The notes under the pieces were generated by a model that did not search any database, was not told the origin of the DNA, and saw only the letters and a program-made list of their open reading frames with translations. Positions 38,078-52,300 of a DNA stretch of 64,000 bases are shown piece by piece. The DNA is from Antedon mediterranea (Eukaryota; Animalia; Echinodermata), in assembly GCF_964355755.1 (NCBI RefSeq), contig NC_092670.1, positions 25,840,795 through 25,904,794 of the forward strand. Direction: 5' to 3'. Numbering within the stretch: the stretch's first letter is position 1; every line of letters starts with the position of its first letter. The translations under genes and the position numbers were made by a program.

Positions 38078-39169
38078 GTTTATGTAGATTTATGTTATGT
38101 AGACCTCTGGGCCTACTCTTTAACTGTATAGATTGAGAAAGTGTTGTGGTTAACACGATTTTATACATTACTACAGGAGGTAAATGACAGTCACGACTGA
38201 AAATAAACAGTTTATATACTGATTACGAAATGAGCTATTTTTAACAGCCAATCATTGCATGCTAGCTGGTTGGGTGGTTGTTGAATTGCCAGCAACAAAG
38301 ATCTTATATACTAAAGATAGGACACTCTCGGAATTTTACGTGCGATTTATGTAACACACATGGAGCTCATTTTATAGGGCGCCCTCTCGCTCAAACGAGT
38401 AGATTTATGGATCAGATATGTCTACTGTATTGTAACTGAATACTCAATTTTTTTCATCACAATAATTGCGGTAATGTGCGATTAAATTATAATAAATTAT
38501 TTCCTGTACTTTGTATATCTCTATTTGTTTTAATTACTGAATATTGTTGTTATTATTGAATGTTTATCATCATCCTCAAAATCATCATCTAGGAGTAATC
38601 ATCACTCACATCACTACTACTTATTTATGCGAGTCGGTCCCTCTGGTATTAACACTAAGCGCATCATATTCCGTTTTTGTTCTTGATATGTTCTTCCTTT
38701 TTATCCAGCAGCAAAACAGTACAGATTAGGAAAATATAGTAGTCAAATAGTGTGTTATAAACAATTAAAAAAGAACAACAAGTCACTTTTTGAAAATCAC
38801 TACTTCGACTATTATTTTTATTGCAGTAATTTTTAGGAATATATTTATAAACAATCATAGGCTTAAGCCTACAGTCATGACATGAAACAGATTATGATAG
38901 TCAATTCTGAGACAATTCATACTAGGACTACTGCATTATGTACCCATCATTCGCCATGACATTCATTTGTTATTATAATTTATTTAAAACCTGAGATAGC
39001 AATTAGTTATGTTATAGTAGTCTCAGTTTAAAATTAACTCAATAACTATTGCAAAATGATGCACGGGCCACCCAGAGGAAATATAAAAAATGTAGAAACA
39101 TTGAAATAAAATCATCATATTTACAATTATTCAATCATCATACCAAACCGTCGTAATGATCATCATTTC

Positions 39170-39860
39170 TAGCCGATAATGCACAGACCGAGGCGCGTAC
39201 AGACCTCCTACAACTTTATGGCATACCTCATAAATGTGATACTTTAATTAATTTTTCACTCTTCTTCTTATCACTGATTATGTCTCTGTTGAAGAATTTA
39301 ACAGCATAGAATATGCGTAGGTTTACGTACGTTTCAATTAGCAATGTTTCAATTGCTGGTGAACAAACATTCAACTTCATAAAATGTGTTAGGAACTAGC
39401 TGATTTGGGTCTTCCGGTTTTCGATTGGTTTCTCGCATCGCACTGTTACAGATATCGCAATTGTACTTTACACTTGCTTTCTTGACGACGTAACCGGCTA
39501 CATATACTAAAGTATTTAGCTGAGTCATCTCAAAGTCTTCTAAGCAGCAGTTGTCGTCAGTGGTGGCATCGTTGTCTTCTTGATCGGCAACATGATGCGA
39601 TGATGATGATGATGATTGGGCCATCATTATTGCATCAATTCCATCTAGCTGTCGATCAGTGTTTTCTACTAGGCAATTCGAATTCCCTGACGGAATTAAC
39701 ATCCTGTTGCACATAACTTCCTTCAGGGAGGCTCTAAATTCATCTGCCATCGGGTAATAGCGATGACCCCCTCTCCCTCTGACAATAGAAAATAAGTTCT
39801 CAAGGCAATCTTGATTTAGTCTGCCTGTGAGTATAAACTTAAAGGCGTGATTGTTGATTA
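39170..39860 (-). mobile_element. P-element/THAP9-like transposase C-terminal remnant
   Basis: Minus strand encodes LTGRLNQDCLENLFSIVRGRGGHRYYPMADEFRASLK and LVYVAGYVVKK..CDIC, characteristic of P/THAP9 transposases. Confidence 0.8.
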
Positions 39861-42034
39861 ATCAGTATTTGAGATTCTTCGAAATGAATATTGCACAAGT
39901 GGCAATTACGGTGTAAATAGGAACTTGGTTTCCTTCTCAAATCCGCGCGTCGTGTGTTCTGGGCCCATTTTGCACACCTGTAAATTAATAATTGTCTAGT
40001 GAGTTTTTGCTTTATCATAATTAACGTTTACGTATACAATTATAGGACGTCTACGTGCATGCTAATTGATTTTCAAATTGGTTAGGGCCTAAAATCAAAT
40101 ACTTAAGCCTAACCTAAAACCACTAACTAACTAACGGTTGAATTTCATAAATATTAAGTATAAGATTCAATTAAAAATTGTTTGTTAGGGCTACTCAACG
40201 GATAAGTAATATACTGTAATGTATGTAACGGCTAGTTAAATTAAACGAAATAAAATAACCATGAGACAGAAAGCAAATATTAACCATGAGACGGAAAGCA
40301 TGAAATAATCAAGATCACAATTTGTTTATATTAAGTATTATATTATTATTATTATTTGTATAATGTAAAAAGAGGGACTAGGCCTACAGCGACATGCCAA
40401 TTGGGCTTCTTGTAGTCTTTCGACCAAATTTTTACTTATATGCCAACAATTGTAATGATATTATATTTGGTCAATAAATGTTTCTTGAATTGAAAGTTTT
40501 AAAAATTGTTTGTTAAGGGTACTAAATGTTAAAGGATAAGTAATATATAACCAGGGAACAGTGAAATTAGTGTAATTTCACTGTTATATAACTAATGTAC
40601 TAGCCTATTAGGCCTAGCCTAGGCCTAGTAGCCTAATAATGATAATAATAATCATTTCATACGTTTAAATAATAATTATTAATAATAGGCCTACCTAGCC
40701 TAGTTTATTAATATAGCCTAGGCCTAGCCTATGTATAAATTGAATAGTAAAAAAAAGTAAAGTAAGATTAGGCTAGTCCCTAGGCCTAGGCCTACATAGT
40801 CATAGCATACGTTAAGATGTACTAGGCTAGGCTTCTTATTTAATTACATAAATTTACCTGATCTTGTCTTTGGGAAAATTGTAAAACTTACTAATATCTT
40901 TTCGTATGCTAATACACTGTGCTCAAGTGGACCCAATTTGGAGCCAGGGGAGCACAGTGATATAAATAAGTCACTGAATTTTAATATCTTTTCGTATGTT
41001 ATTACATTGTGCTCAAGTGAACCCAATTTGGAGCCAGTGGAACACAGTGATATAAAACAGAAACAAGTGACTGAATTTTAATATTTTTTCGTATGTTATT
41101 ACATTGTGCTCAAGTGGACCCAATTTGGAGCCAGTGGAACACAGTGATATAAAATAAAAACAAGTGACTGAATTTTAATATCTTTTCGTATGCTAATACA
41201 CTGTGCTCAAGTGGACCCAATTTGGAGCCAGGGGAGCACAGTGATATAAATAAGTCACTGAATTTTAATATCTTTTCGTATGTTATTACATTGTGCTCAA
41301 GTGAACCCAATTTGGAGCCAGTGGAACACAGTGATATAAAACAGAAACAAGTGACTGAATTTTAATATTTTTTCGTATGTTATTACATTGTGCTCAAGTG
41401 GACCCAATTTGGAGCCAGTGGAACACAGTGATATAAAATAAAAACAAGTGACTGAATTTTAATATCTTTTCGTATGCTAATACACTGTGCTCAAGTGGAC
41501 CCAATTTGGAGCCAGGGGAGCACAGTGATATAAATAAGTCATTGAATTTTAATATCTTTTCGTATGTTATTACATTGTGCTCAAGTGAACCCAATTTGGA
41601 GCCAGTGGAACACAGTGATATAAAACAGAAACAAGTCACTGAATTTTAATATCTTTTCGTATGTTATTACACTGTGCTCAAGTGGACCCAATTTGGAGCC
41701 AGTGGAGCACAGTGATATAAAATAGAAATAAGTATCCGAATTGTAGTATCTTTTTGTATGCTAATACACTGTGCTCAAGTGGACCCAATTTGGAGCCAGG
41801 AGAGCACAGTGATATAAATAAGTAATTGAATTTTAATATCTTTTCGTATGTTAATACACTGTGCTCAAGTGGACCCAATTTGGCGCCAGGGGAGCACAGT
41901 GATATAAAATAGAAATAAGTCACTGAATTGTAATATCTTTTCGTATGTTAATTATACACTGTGCTCAAGTGGACCCAATTTGGAGCCAGTAGGGCACAGT
42001 GGAATAAAATAGAAATAAGTCACTGAATTTTAAC

Positions 42035-43425
42035 AAGATGTCTGGTTTAAAAATTAATATTTCTAAATCCAAAGCCATATGGTTTGGAATAAAAAAAGTT
42101 CTCGATTGAACAAATTAATACTAATTCAAATCTTGAATGGTGTGATAAAGGCCGTTTTGATTTTTTGGGTGTTACATTTGACTTAGAAATAAGCAAAATG
42201 ACTAAAATAATTGTTGAAGAGATTACGGGTAAAATCAGGTCTACTATCAATGTGTGGCGTAAAAGAAATCTTACTGTCTTGGGAAGATTAACTGTGTTAA
42301 AATCTCTTATATTATCAAAACTTAATTATATTTTTATAATGTTGCCAAACCCTACTACAGCTTATCTAAGTGAACTTAATAGGATGTTTTTTTAATTTTG
42401 TCTGGAAGGGAAAGGATAAAATCAAAAGAAATAAGCTAATTAGAGAGTATAAGGATGGTGGAATTAACATGATTGATATCTTCAAATACATAAAGGCAGT
42501 TAAGATCAGTTAGATGCGAAGAATTCGTAACAACACTCTGGAATTCTCAAAATATGCTATGGTAAAAAAACTAAATCAATCTTTGAATGCGACTCATGCA
42601 TGATTCAGAGGCTGTCGAAAAATAGGAACAATTTGTTCTGGAGAGATGTTCTCCATTCATGGTCCGAGTTTATTGCTATTCATAATTCATCAGCATCTGC
42701 AAACTGTAAATAATGTACTAAAAGAACCAATATCGTTAAATGATTCGATTTTAATCAATAACTTTCCAATTTTTTACACCAATTATTATGAGTGTCGCGT
42801 AAGGTTCATAAATGATTTAATCTCGGATAGAGGAACTTTGCTTAGTTATAAAAGCTTCAAACACACTATAAGGTGAAAAAAAATAATTTCCTTAAATACT
42901 ATGGACTAATTGATGCAATTATAACTAAATAACCTTCTTTGGGTGCAGAAATAAATACTAAATTACAAACCCAATAAATTTACCCATACTTGAAACCATA
43001 ACAAAACCCCAAACAGGATGGAAAGTTTATTCAAAACAAAGACTTTAACTATAAAGCTAAACAAAAGTGGGGTAAAATCTTAAATGTTGAATTCTCGGAA
43101 CATGAATGGGAAGGAATTAATGTTGCAGGTGACCGACAACATAAAATTACGATGGTTCCAATATAGACTTAACAACAGTATCCTCACAACTAAAATTTAC
43201 CTTAAGATTATTAAGTACATTGACGAAGATAACTGCTCCTTTTGTAACATTAAAAGAGAAACAGTTTATCATTTATTCTGTAAATGTAATATCAGTAGAT
43301 GGATAAGCAATTGTTTTTTTCAATGGTGTTCTCGAAATCTTGATATTCGCAAATGTGTATCGGAAAGTGAACTGCTTTTTAGTAATACACCATCCAATAG
43401 GATTAATTTACTTTTGTCAATACTA
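42035..43425 (+). mobile_element. L1/Tx1-clade LINE ORF2 3' fragment inside the satellite
   Basis: LGVTFD, WRKRNLTVLGRLTVLKSLILSKLNY, GGINMID and KLRWFQYRLNNSIL..CSFC..ETVYHLFCKC (zinc knuckle). Confidence 0.85.
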
Positions 43426-43689
43426 GGAGTGAGCTTGGCACAAGGGGAGCACAGTGATATAAAATAGAAATAAAGTCACTAAATTGTAATACAGTATCTC
43501 ATTCGTATCGTATCTAATACACTGAGCTCAATGCGGACCCAATCTGGCACGAGCGGAGCACAGGGATATAAAATAGAAATAAAATCATTAAAATAGCTCT
43601 GTGCTCAAGTGGACCCAATTTGGCGCCAGGGAGCACAGCGATATAACAGAAATAAAATCACTGTAGTATGTTAATATCTTTTCGATGTT

Positions 43690-43985
43690 AATAAACTGTG
43701 CTCTTCTTTTTCTTAACGTTTTCCACTTCCGACATTACGCTTTCCACAATTTGTTTCCATTTTTGTCTGTTTATGGCAGGATGGTTTGTTATTGTGTTGG
43801 TGTCTACATGTCCTTGTAAATCTTTCTTTATTTGGTTCATCCAGTTATTTTTTGGTCTTCCTACGGGTCGTTTTACTTTCCTGTTAGTTTCCTTCATTGT
43901 TTGTTTGTACGGTAATCTATATTATTATTGTCCATACCATTTTAGTCTGCTTCGTTTAATTCTTTTACTGTACTTAATTCTTTTT
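43690..43985 (-). mobile_element. RTE-like LINE 3' fragment
   Basis: RLKWYG and KRPVGRPKNNWMNQIKKDL..NRQKWKQIV, the typical RTE C-terminus. Confidence 0.7.
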
Positions 43986-45124
43986 AACTGTGCTCAAGTG
44001 GACCCAATTTGGCACCAGCACAGTGATATAAAATAGAAATAAGTCACTGAACTGTTTTATCTGTTTGTATGTTCTATATACACTGTGCTCAAGTACATCG
44101 AGATAAGTACTTCTCGAATTCATTTTTAAAAACTATAATAATGATTTTGACCAAAAAACGGTTAGGAATTGGATTTTTTTCAGTAAATTGAGCAACAATG
44201 TAAATATTGTTATTTTTTCAATATTTATTCTTCATTCAGGACTCATTGTATTCTTTTTGTAAATAATTGTGCTCAATAGGCTTATTTTTACTATTTAACA
44301 TATTTTTTATTTAAGTGTGCTTCTATAGAGTATTTATTATATCTGTTTTCTGTTTATACCTTTAAGTGGCAACTTTCGTTGCTGTTGGTTTAGATGAAAT
44401 AAATAAAATTTTAAAAAAATATACCAAGAAATATTTTTTAATTCGCAGTCCTTTTTTTAATTCAAAAGAAATGTTAATATATTTTCGCACACAGTGCTCA
44501 ATTGGTACAATTTGGCGCCAGCGACAGCGAAATAGTCACATACAAAAACATCGATAAAAATTACTTCTGGTATTAAAACAATTTCATTTCTATATGTTCA
44601 ATATCGGTTACTTTATCCGTAATGCAAAAGAAAAATTAGTTTCAAGCCACATCACCGATTTTAATAATTTTTCGAAGATAAATAATTATGAAAAAACATA
44701 CAATTCCGACACATTTTTTTTAACATGATTTTGACAAAACAAAAAGAAAACATTTAGGAATACGATTTTGTTTCTGTAAATATACAAAATAAATGGTTAA
44801 AGTCATAATGGGGAAGATGGTAGTGTTAGTCATTGGCGGTTAACACGCCACACTGGTAACTTTTGATTTTGTTAATCAATGTTGCTACATTGGTAGCGAA
44901 ATGTCCGATTCATGCAAGATATTATTGTAATATGTTATAAATAAAAGTTTATGGTAGTCCCAGAATAAACATGTTTTAAACTGTAAACAGATAGTTTGTC
45001 TCCGATGGTTTTTGTATGGGGTTAATGGAGGGTGAAATAAGATCAAATATAGAACATTTGCAAAGATGCCGATTTCTAGACCAATTTCGTGCTAGGCCTT
45101 AGGCGCAGCATATACCAAGTCGAG

Positions 45125-45241
45125 TTTTTAGTCGCGTGGACGCGACTCTATAGTTTACTATGTCGGTCGGTCGGTCGGTCTGTCTGTCGGTCCGGTATCA
45201 CTATGCGTTTTAGCACGCGACTTATGGCTGTTGGCCTTGTT
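45125..45241 (+). mobile_element. Short HINE-like element (same family as 16110-16241)
   Basis: TTTTTAGTCGCGTGGACGCGACTCTATAG..(GTCG)n..GCACGCGACTTATGGCTGTTGGCCTTGTT. Confidence 0.75.
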
Positions 45242-45910
45242 AAAGTAGAAACCCCACCTACAATTTTGAAGTGGCATCTGGAAATGTTAACAGTAGGCCT
45301 ATCATAATTATCATTGGTGATTTATATGTATAGTAAGTTATAAGTATAAGTGAAATTCTGGGTTCTATTTTCATTATTAACTCTGCCCCAACTATGGTGG
45401 GCTAGTACTGAAGACTTAATATTTAATTTCATATTTCAATGAATAGGTGCACTTTCCGGGGACAAACTCGATCTATTGTCGTAGCGAGTCTTATAGTTTG
45501 TTTCATATACTTTCAAATCATGTAAAGTGCCATATTTTTTCGGTTAGGAACCTATGCAGCTCTATTTGTAAAAATTGTTTTGCTCAGCCCCAAGCATGGT
45601 GGGGTACTGAAGATTAAACATGTTGTTTAAACAAATAATATTATCATACCTAATAAATATCCTCAAACGGAATAATACGTACACGGACGTACGACGAATA
45701 CACACACGCGCACGTCATCATTTTAACGACATATTAATTTGGTGATATGATGCAATTTATGATGGAAAATGATGGGATTGCCTTTTCGGACTTTAATCAG
45801 CAAAATGTTCATTGTACTACAAAATAGTAAACTGTTTAGTAGTAAATAGTTTATTAATAAAGATTTTTTTAACGTATTTTTGGCATATAAAACAAAGACA
45901 CAGACGTAGC

Positions 45911-48633
45911 TTTAACCTTATCTATAAAAAAAAATGAGAGCATGACAATTTAAACAACTGGAGACCTATCACTCTCTTAAATGTTGATTACACATTAGCT
46001 GCGTTTGTTTTAACCAAAAGAGTTCAAAATTGAAAAAATTGTAAATAATGATCAAAAAGGTTACATAGAAGATAATCAGGCTAATAGATTTAGGCCTACT
46101 TGAATATTCTGATTCTGAAAATTTATCAGGATTCAGCCTAGATTTTAGCAAAGCTTTCGATACTGTAAATAGAGATTTTTTATTTAGTACATTACGTCAC
46201 TTCAACTTTGGTCCATCATTTATAAAATGGATAAATGTCCTATATTACCGCTTAGAATGTATTGTAGTAAACAATAAATGGGTTTCAAACAGCTTCATTT
46301 CACATAGACAAGGCTGCCCACTATCAGCTCTACTTGTCATGGTAGCGGAAATCATGGCCTTAGAAATAAGGAATGATAATTTTATAAAAGGTATTGTGAT
46401 ACCAAATAAAGAGAATCATATAAATGAATTGAAAATATCTCAGCTAGCCGATGATACAGTTTTATTTATTAAAGATGAATATAGTATTAAAAGAAGCCTA
46501 GATACCATAATAGATTTTGGCAAAATCTCAGGTTTACAACTAAATAAAGGAAAAACAATTTCCATGTGGTTAGGAAGATGGAAAATGAGGAAATGTAATC
46601 TTTTCAATCTCAACTGGACATCTTGTGGTTTTAAAATACTTGGTGTATTCGTAGGCCATGATAAAGGTTTGTGTTATACAAAAAAAACAGTTCGAATTAA
46701 TTCAACAAAATTGAATCACTAAAACATATACTCAATTCTTGGCGAAAAAGAAATTTGACTCTATTTGGTAAAGTTGTAATCTTGAAACAACTAGCTTTAG
46801 CAAAACTGATTTACATGGCAAGTATTTTAACAACACCTGAAAATGTCATAAAACAAGTTGATAACATTATTATATGACTTTCTATGGAATAAAAAAGGAG
46901 AAAAAATAAAAAGATCAACACTTATAAATGAATATTGTCATTCATTCATTCAGGCTTATCGCCTGACTTTATTTACTTTAGGCCTCTGGCCTCTAGTAAT
47001 TAACAAAATAATAATTACATTGAAAAATAAAGCAATTTATGGTCACAAGAAAAATGAATTAATTAATTTCGTTCTCTAAGCAAAACATATATCTTAACTT
47101 ATAAGCATGATAAATATATTTAGATAGATTATCAATAATTATTGGATCCTGTGATGACATTAAACGGCAGAATTTAAAAGTATGTGTATTTTCAAAAAAT
47201 AAAGAAGGTAGGCCTATACATTTTTTTCTGATTTCCTTGTAACGAGAGCAAACTGTAAAAAAATGGTGGAATTAAGGCACCGGATCTAAGATCGCAGGTG
47301 CAAGCACTACAAATATCATGGGCTAAACGTCTCTTTAACGACGAACCTTCAAAGTGGAAATACTTACCGACTATGTATTTAAATAATATCGGACCTCTCT
47401 AGGTGTCCTTGAAAATATGTCTCACTATGATATAAAATGTTGTAAAGGTATACCTAGTTTTTATCTAGATGTATTAAATGCATTAACTAAATATAATGAA
47501 ATTGTATTAAAATGGCCATCAGGCTATGATGAAATATTAGAACAAAACATTTGGAGAAATAAATGTATAAGTTATAACAAACAGCGAAACTGGATAAGAT
47601 CCGGTATTAGAAAAATAAAAGATATTGTTTTTGGTAATAGATTCATTAATTTGAATATGTTACTTGAAATTCTAATTTCAAAATCAAATTGGATAGCAGA
47701 ATTTCACAAATTACTACAAGCCATTCCACAAGAATGGAAAGACGTTATTAAGTCAAAAAATGAAAATACAATACAGGACAGGGTTCTGCCTACTACTAAA
47801 TTATGTAAAATAACAAGTAAGCAAATGTATAACTGTTTTATTAGAAAAAAAGGTATAGAACCAAAATGTCAAATAAATAGGCAGTTGTACTTTAATAATA
47901 TTACAATTGATTGGAAATTAACCTGGGAGCGTAAAATAAAATTAATTAAAGAAAACAAGCTCAAACAATATAACTTTAAGTTACTACATAGGATTATTCA
48001 AACTAGAAAGAGGTTATGTATATGGAAAATTGTAAACATAAACAAATGTAGATGATGCACATTTATTTTTTGAATGTGCGGAAGCAAATAATTTGTGGCT
48101 TTACATTAATGAGCATACACTAACTAAATTCAATATCGAGGCAAATTTCAAAAATATAATACTTGGCACTGGAAATACATATGTAGATCATGTGTTTTCA
48201 ATTGGTTTGCTAAGCATATACAAAGCTAATGTATTAAAACAACTAAATAAATGGAAATATGCCTCACTTCATCATCTCTTTATAAATGAAAAAAATATAA
48301 GAAAATACATATTATCAATGCTATAAACAACAATTATGTAAAAAAATAACGAAGCGTATTACTTACCTGAAAAACTGTATAAATGAAAAAATGAATGTTT
48401 TTTTGAAACAATATTCATAAGGTAGGCCTATAATATTATAAAGTTTATTTCAATGTATGTGCAATATTTATATACAGTACTATAAAAAGATTGTTTGTGT
48501 GCTGTCTTATATTAACAACTTGTTCTATAATATTATTTTATTATATTATATAATAATGAACTTTGTATATACAATATTGAATGAATAAAGATTGAATGAA
48601 TAAAGATGGGAGAGACTCATAAAGATTTAAAAA
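45911..48633 (+). mobile_element. 5'-truncated L1/Tx1-clade LINE with target-site duplication
   Basis: NWRPITLLNVDY, DFSKAFDTV, RQGCPLS, SQLADDT, WRKRNLTLFGK and KLKQYNFKLLHRI. AATAAA signals and an A-tail. 17-bp TSD AAAGACACAGACGTAGC at 45894-45910 and 48634-48650. Unrelated insert ~46935-47255. Confidence 0.9.
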
Positions 48634-49367
48634 AAAGACACAGACGTAGCCTTTTTGATATTTAAATAATTATGTACCTATATTGGCATTATGTCAAATA
48701 GGGTCAGTCTAATTACCGAAAACAACCGAAAGAAACCGAAAACAAACCGAAACAACCGAATAACCGACTTTGCGATTGGGCGACTTGACTATAGATCCAT
48801 CCAACCCTATAAAATTTCATATTTAAATATCTTAAACTATGTTTACAAATTGTCATTTTTGAAGGCACACATCTTTCTCCTCCTAGACCTGTAAAATAAA
48901 AAATAAAACAATTTGATTATTATTATTAAATATCCATCGACCAAAGTAAAAATAATTTAGATCATAACATAATTTTATTTATCGCGACCAAAATTAACCT
49001 CGACCACCGATTTCGAACGCGACCGACATCATCGTAAAATTCGGAGTGGGCCCTAATTACGGGGGTTTTCCCCTTGATGAGCTAGCGCGCATCGTTTAAT
49101 ACGTCGGCCTTCCTTTTTGCATTGGCGCGACTTTACGTCATGGGCCGACTTTGTGATGGGTCCACTTTTCGATAGGGCGACTCTGTACCACCGGGGTGAC
49201 TTTGTTTTGGGGCGAATTTGTATTGGGCGACTTTGTACGGGCGACTTTGATCACATACACACAGAGTCACGAGTGTGTGAACGCAAATTGACGGAGAGGA
49301 GATTGTGTTGCAATAGGTTTTTGGTAGTGGTAGTAGCCTAGGGCCTAGTAGTACACCGTCATTCACA

Positions 49368-52300
49368 ATGAGCTCTGCTGCGAGAAAATCTGTTCAAACT
49401 CTTATGAAAATATTAGATAGTGCAGGGTAAGTAGAGATCCGAATCCGGGACGATTAAAATAACGCAAGTGGATTCGGACTTTTGGCCGAAACATCCCACC
49501 CAATTTGTGGGCCGAAACGTCTCACTTTAGGCCTAGGCTAGGCTACTAGGCCTAGGCCTAGGCCCAGGCCCTATTTTTTGTGTTGGTATTTATTTATTCA
49601 AGTTTTTAAAGGTGTTTAACAATCCGTATTTATTGATATTGGCAATTTTGATTATTGTATAAAATAAATTACTAAAAAAACGTAATTTTATATTCAATTT
49701 ATTACTTCGAAAACTTTGTTTATTTTGTACCAGTGAGCTGTAAGCCGAAGGCTAGTAGAGGGCGTACTCCAGACTGAAAAGTGATTCCAACAGGAGAGGG
49801 GGAACCAACAAGATTGCGGCTGTAAATGTGTTCTAAAACATTATTTAATATAAAAAATAATAATCTAATAAATTACAACACATATTCTTGCCAAAGCACA
49901 GTGAAGTTTTTATAAAATTAAATATATTGTTAATCGCAATGGAATGAACAATTTTGTAGTATTTTCAATTCCTAATGCATCCTAATAATATTAATAAGTG
50001 TCGTGGATATATGTGTTAATATATTGAAAAGGGTATAATAATAATAATAATAATAGTTCATTCTTATATAGCGCATATAAGCAAGCTCTCAATGCGCTGA
50101 ACATTATTACCCCAGTCATTTTTTTTTGGATCAAACACAATTGGAAACGTGCTTCCATAATGCAGCTAGTAATCAGCGCAAAGTTGTGTCCTGATCTAAC
50201 CGAGTACCCATTTATACACCTGGGTGGAGAGAGGCAAACGTAAGTAAAGTATCTTGCCTACGGATACAAGCAATGTGGCGAGAGTTGGATTCGAATCTCG
50301 GTCTCACGATCAGTAGTCCAACGTCCAACACACTGCGCCACACGCCCGTATGAACAATATTAAAATATTAAAGGTAAATTATTACAAATGAAATGATGAA
50401 GGAGTCTCTGAATTTTAATAACGTTGGTGACGCAGTTTGTGTCAAAAACACACAAAGAGCCATATAGGCCCTACTGTATAAAAAGAGGGGTGAATGTGTG
50501 CTTTTTGTATTGGTTCATGCTTTGATGTATCCTAACTTGCATGTAGGCCCTAGCATTTATTTTGTTATTATAAAAAAAATATATACAGTATGTTACCAAA
50601 TCAATACCATTAATAAAATTAATTACTAAAATAAAAACGGAATCTAAGCGTTATTTCATAGATAACAAAATCTAAAAAAAATGCATTAACTGCAGGAAAA
50701 CGCTATACAAAAGAGACGCGTGCGCCCTCAGCGTGCGAATTCTTTGATATAAAAATGGCTTCTAATCTTCAAAGTCGTAACTCTTTATATGGCTCTGACA
50801 TCGTCCAGAGCCATATAAAAGAGTTGTGACTTTGAATGAAGTAGAAGCCATGTTTGTGTCCAACTATTCCTATGTAGAGTATGTAGTTGAGTCCTTTGTT
50901 TTAAAAATGTATAACATTCAAAAGGCTTTAACTATCGAATTTAATAATACAGTAATATCAAAACAATCAATTTGTTTAAAGGCTTTTGTTAAAATAAAAA
51001 TAACATTATAAAGTTACTGCAAACATGATTTTAAACAACAAAAATAGCTTTAATCCATTGAATTTCGGAACGGCTCTGGCTGTGCTCTTTATGCACGCAC
51101 TACGCGTGCGCGTTTAGTTTACTATGATTCTCAATAGGAATGCATTGTTTTTACATTTTACAAAAAAACAAGTGTCCAGCGTCTATAAACAATGTTGAAA
51201 ATATAACAATAACAGAATACATTGGTATTCATCCGGGGAAATGTAAACCCCAGGGTAATGAAAAAAAAGTGACCATGAATTTATTAGGACAGCACCGGAC
51301 ACACTGCGAAAGATAATGGACATGGTTACTACAAAACCCTCAAGGGAAGTCTACCAATCTATAGCCCTTTTCACATAGAATTGTGGCAATATCCCAGTAA
51401 GCAAGCCGGTATTATTGCCGGTCTAGACTCATTCACACAGCCACCCATTCACACAGAAGGTGATATTACGGTAATTTTACGGTTTTCTGTGTAAAAGGCC
51501 ACAGTGAAAAAGGCGCAATATTCAAAGACTACTGTCTTCATAAAATAGAGGTCACAGTTTTTTTAGAAAAAAAAAATTGCGGGCATCGCCGATGAAACAT
51601 GCCATGCACCGCACATGTTTGCTCACATTGTTTTGTGTGTCCGTCGTTTAGTTTTATTGGTTTTTATTTACGCTGCATACAACCTATATTTTTACCCAAC
51701 ACCACTCCGTGCTAATAACTGCCTGATCATGATAGCCATTCTACAGAAACAAAATCTATTAGGCCTACAAATAGATGCGAATTTAATTATCAGAAGCTGC
51801 ACGTGCACCGGAGGATGTTCCTGCTAGAACTATGCTAACTAGGCTTACGTACATTACAGCAAGTTAAATAATCTTTGGACCAACATTTCTATTTTATTTT
51901 CTTATTGGCCGTATTCCATTTTATTATTTACACACTAACCTAAAAAAATATATATACGGTATATTGATATAATCTAATAATTTAATCAGTTAATAGACCT
52001 AAAATAATTGCCACAGTCTTTCTCAATCAAAGAAAATGTCCCGAATTTAACCTTGGTTTATTAATGCTTCGCGTAAGCAGGAGTTATATCGTGGAATTTT
52101 TCACACAGATCAGGCTTACGATCGTGACAGTAATACAGTATTACTGCAATTTTACTAGGTCCAGATGTGGTCTAACGGAAGCTGGCATTAAGGGGTTTTT
52201 ACACTTTCACACATACTGTAGGCCAGTCTGTGTGAATGGGGTTCAAGGTTCTAAATAACTCAAATAGTGTTAAACCGCCAAGAGACTTGAAGCAGGTGCA

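Larger units (their letters stand above)
40880..44100. repeat. Satellite array, ~71-bp monomer with a ~284-bp higher-order period, interrupted by LINE fragments
   Basis: Monomer core (C/T)TGTGCTCAAGTGGACCCAATTTGGAGCCAG(T/G)GGA(A/G)CACAGTGATATAAA. Contiguous to ~42035, with degenerate units at 43425-43690, 43985-44100 and ~44490. Near-identical spurious ORFs end at 41110, 41394 and 41678 (284-bp spacing). Confidence 0.92.

Noticed and set aside
40844-41923. Repeated similar ORFs and a CRISPR-like appearance
   Set aside because: The inter-repeat segments are themselves repeated rather than unique spacers, there are no cas genes, and the context is eukaryotic. It is a satellite.
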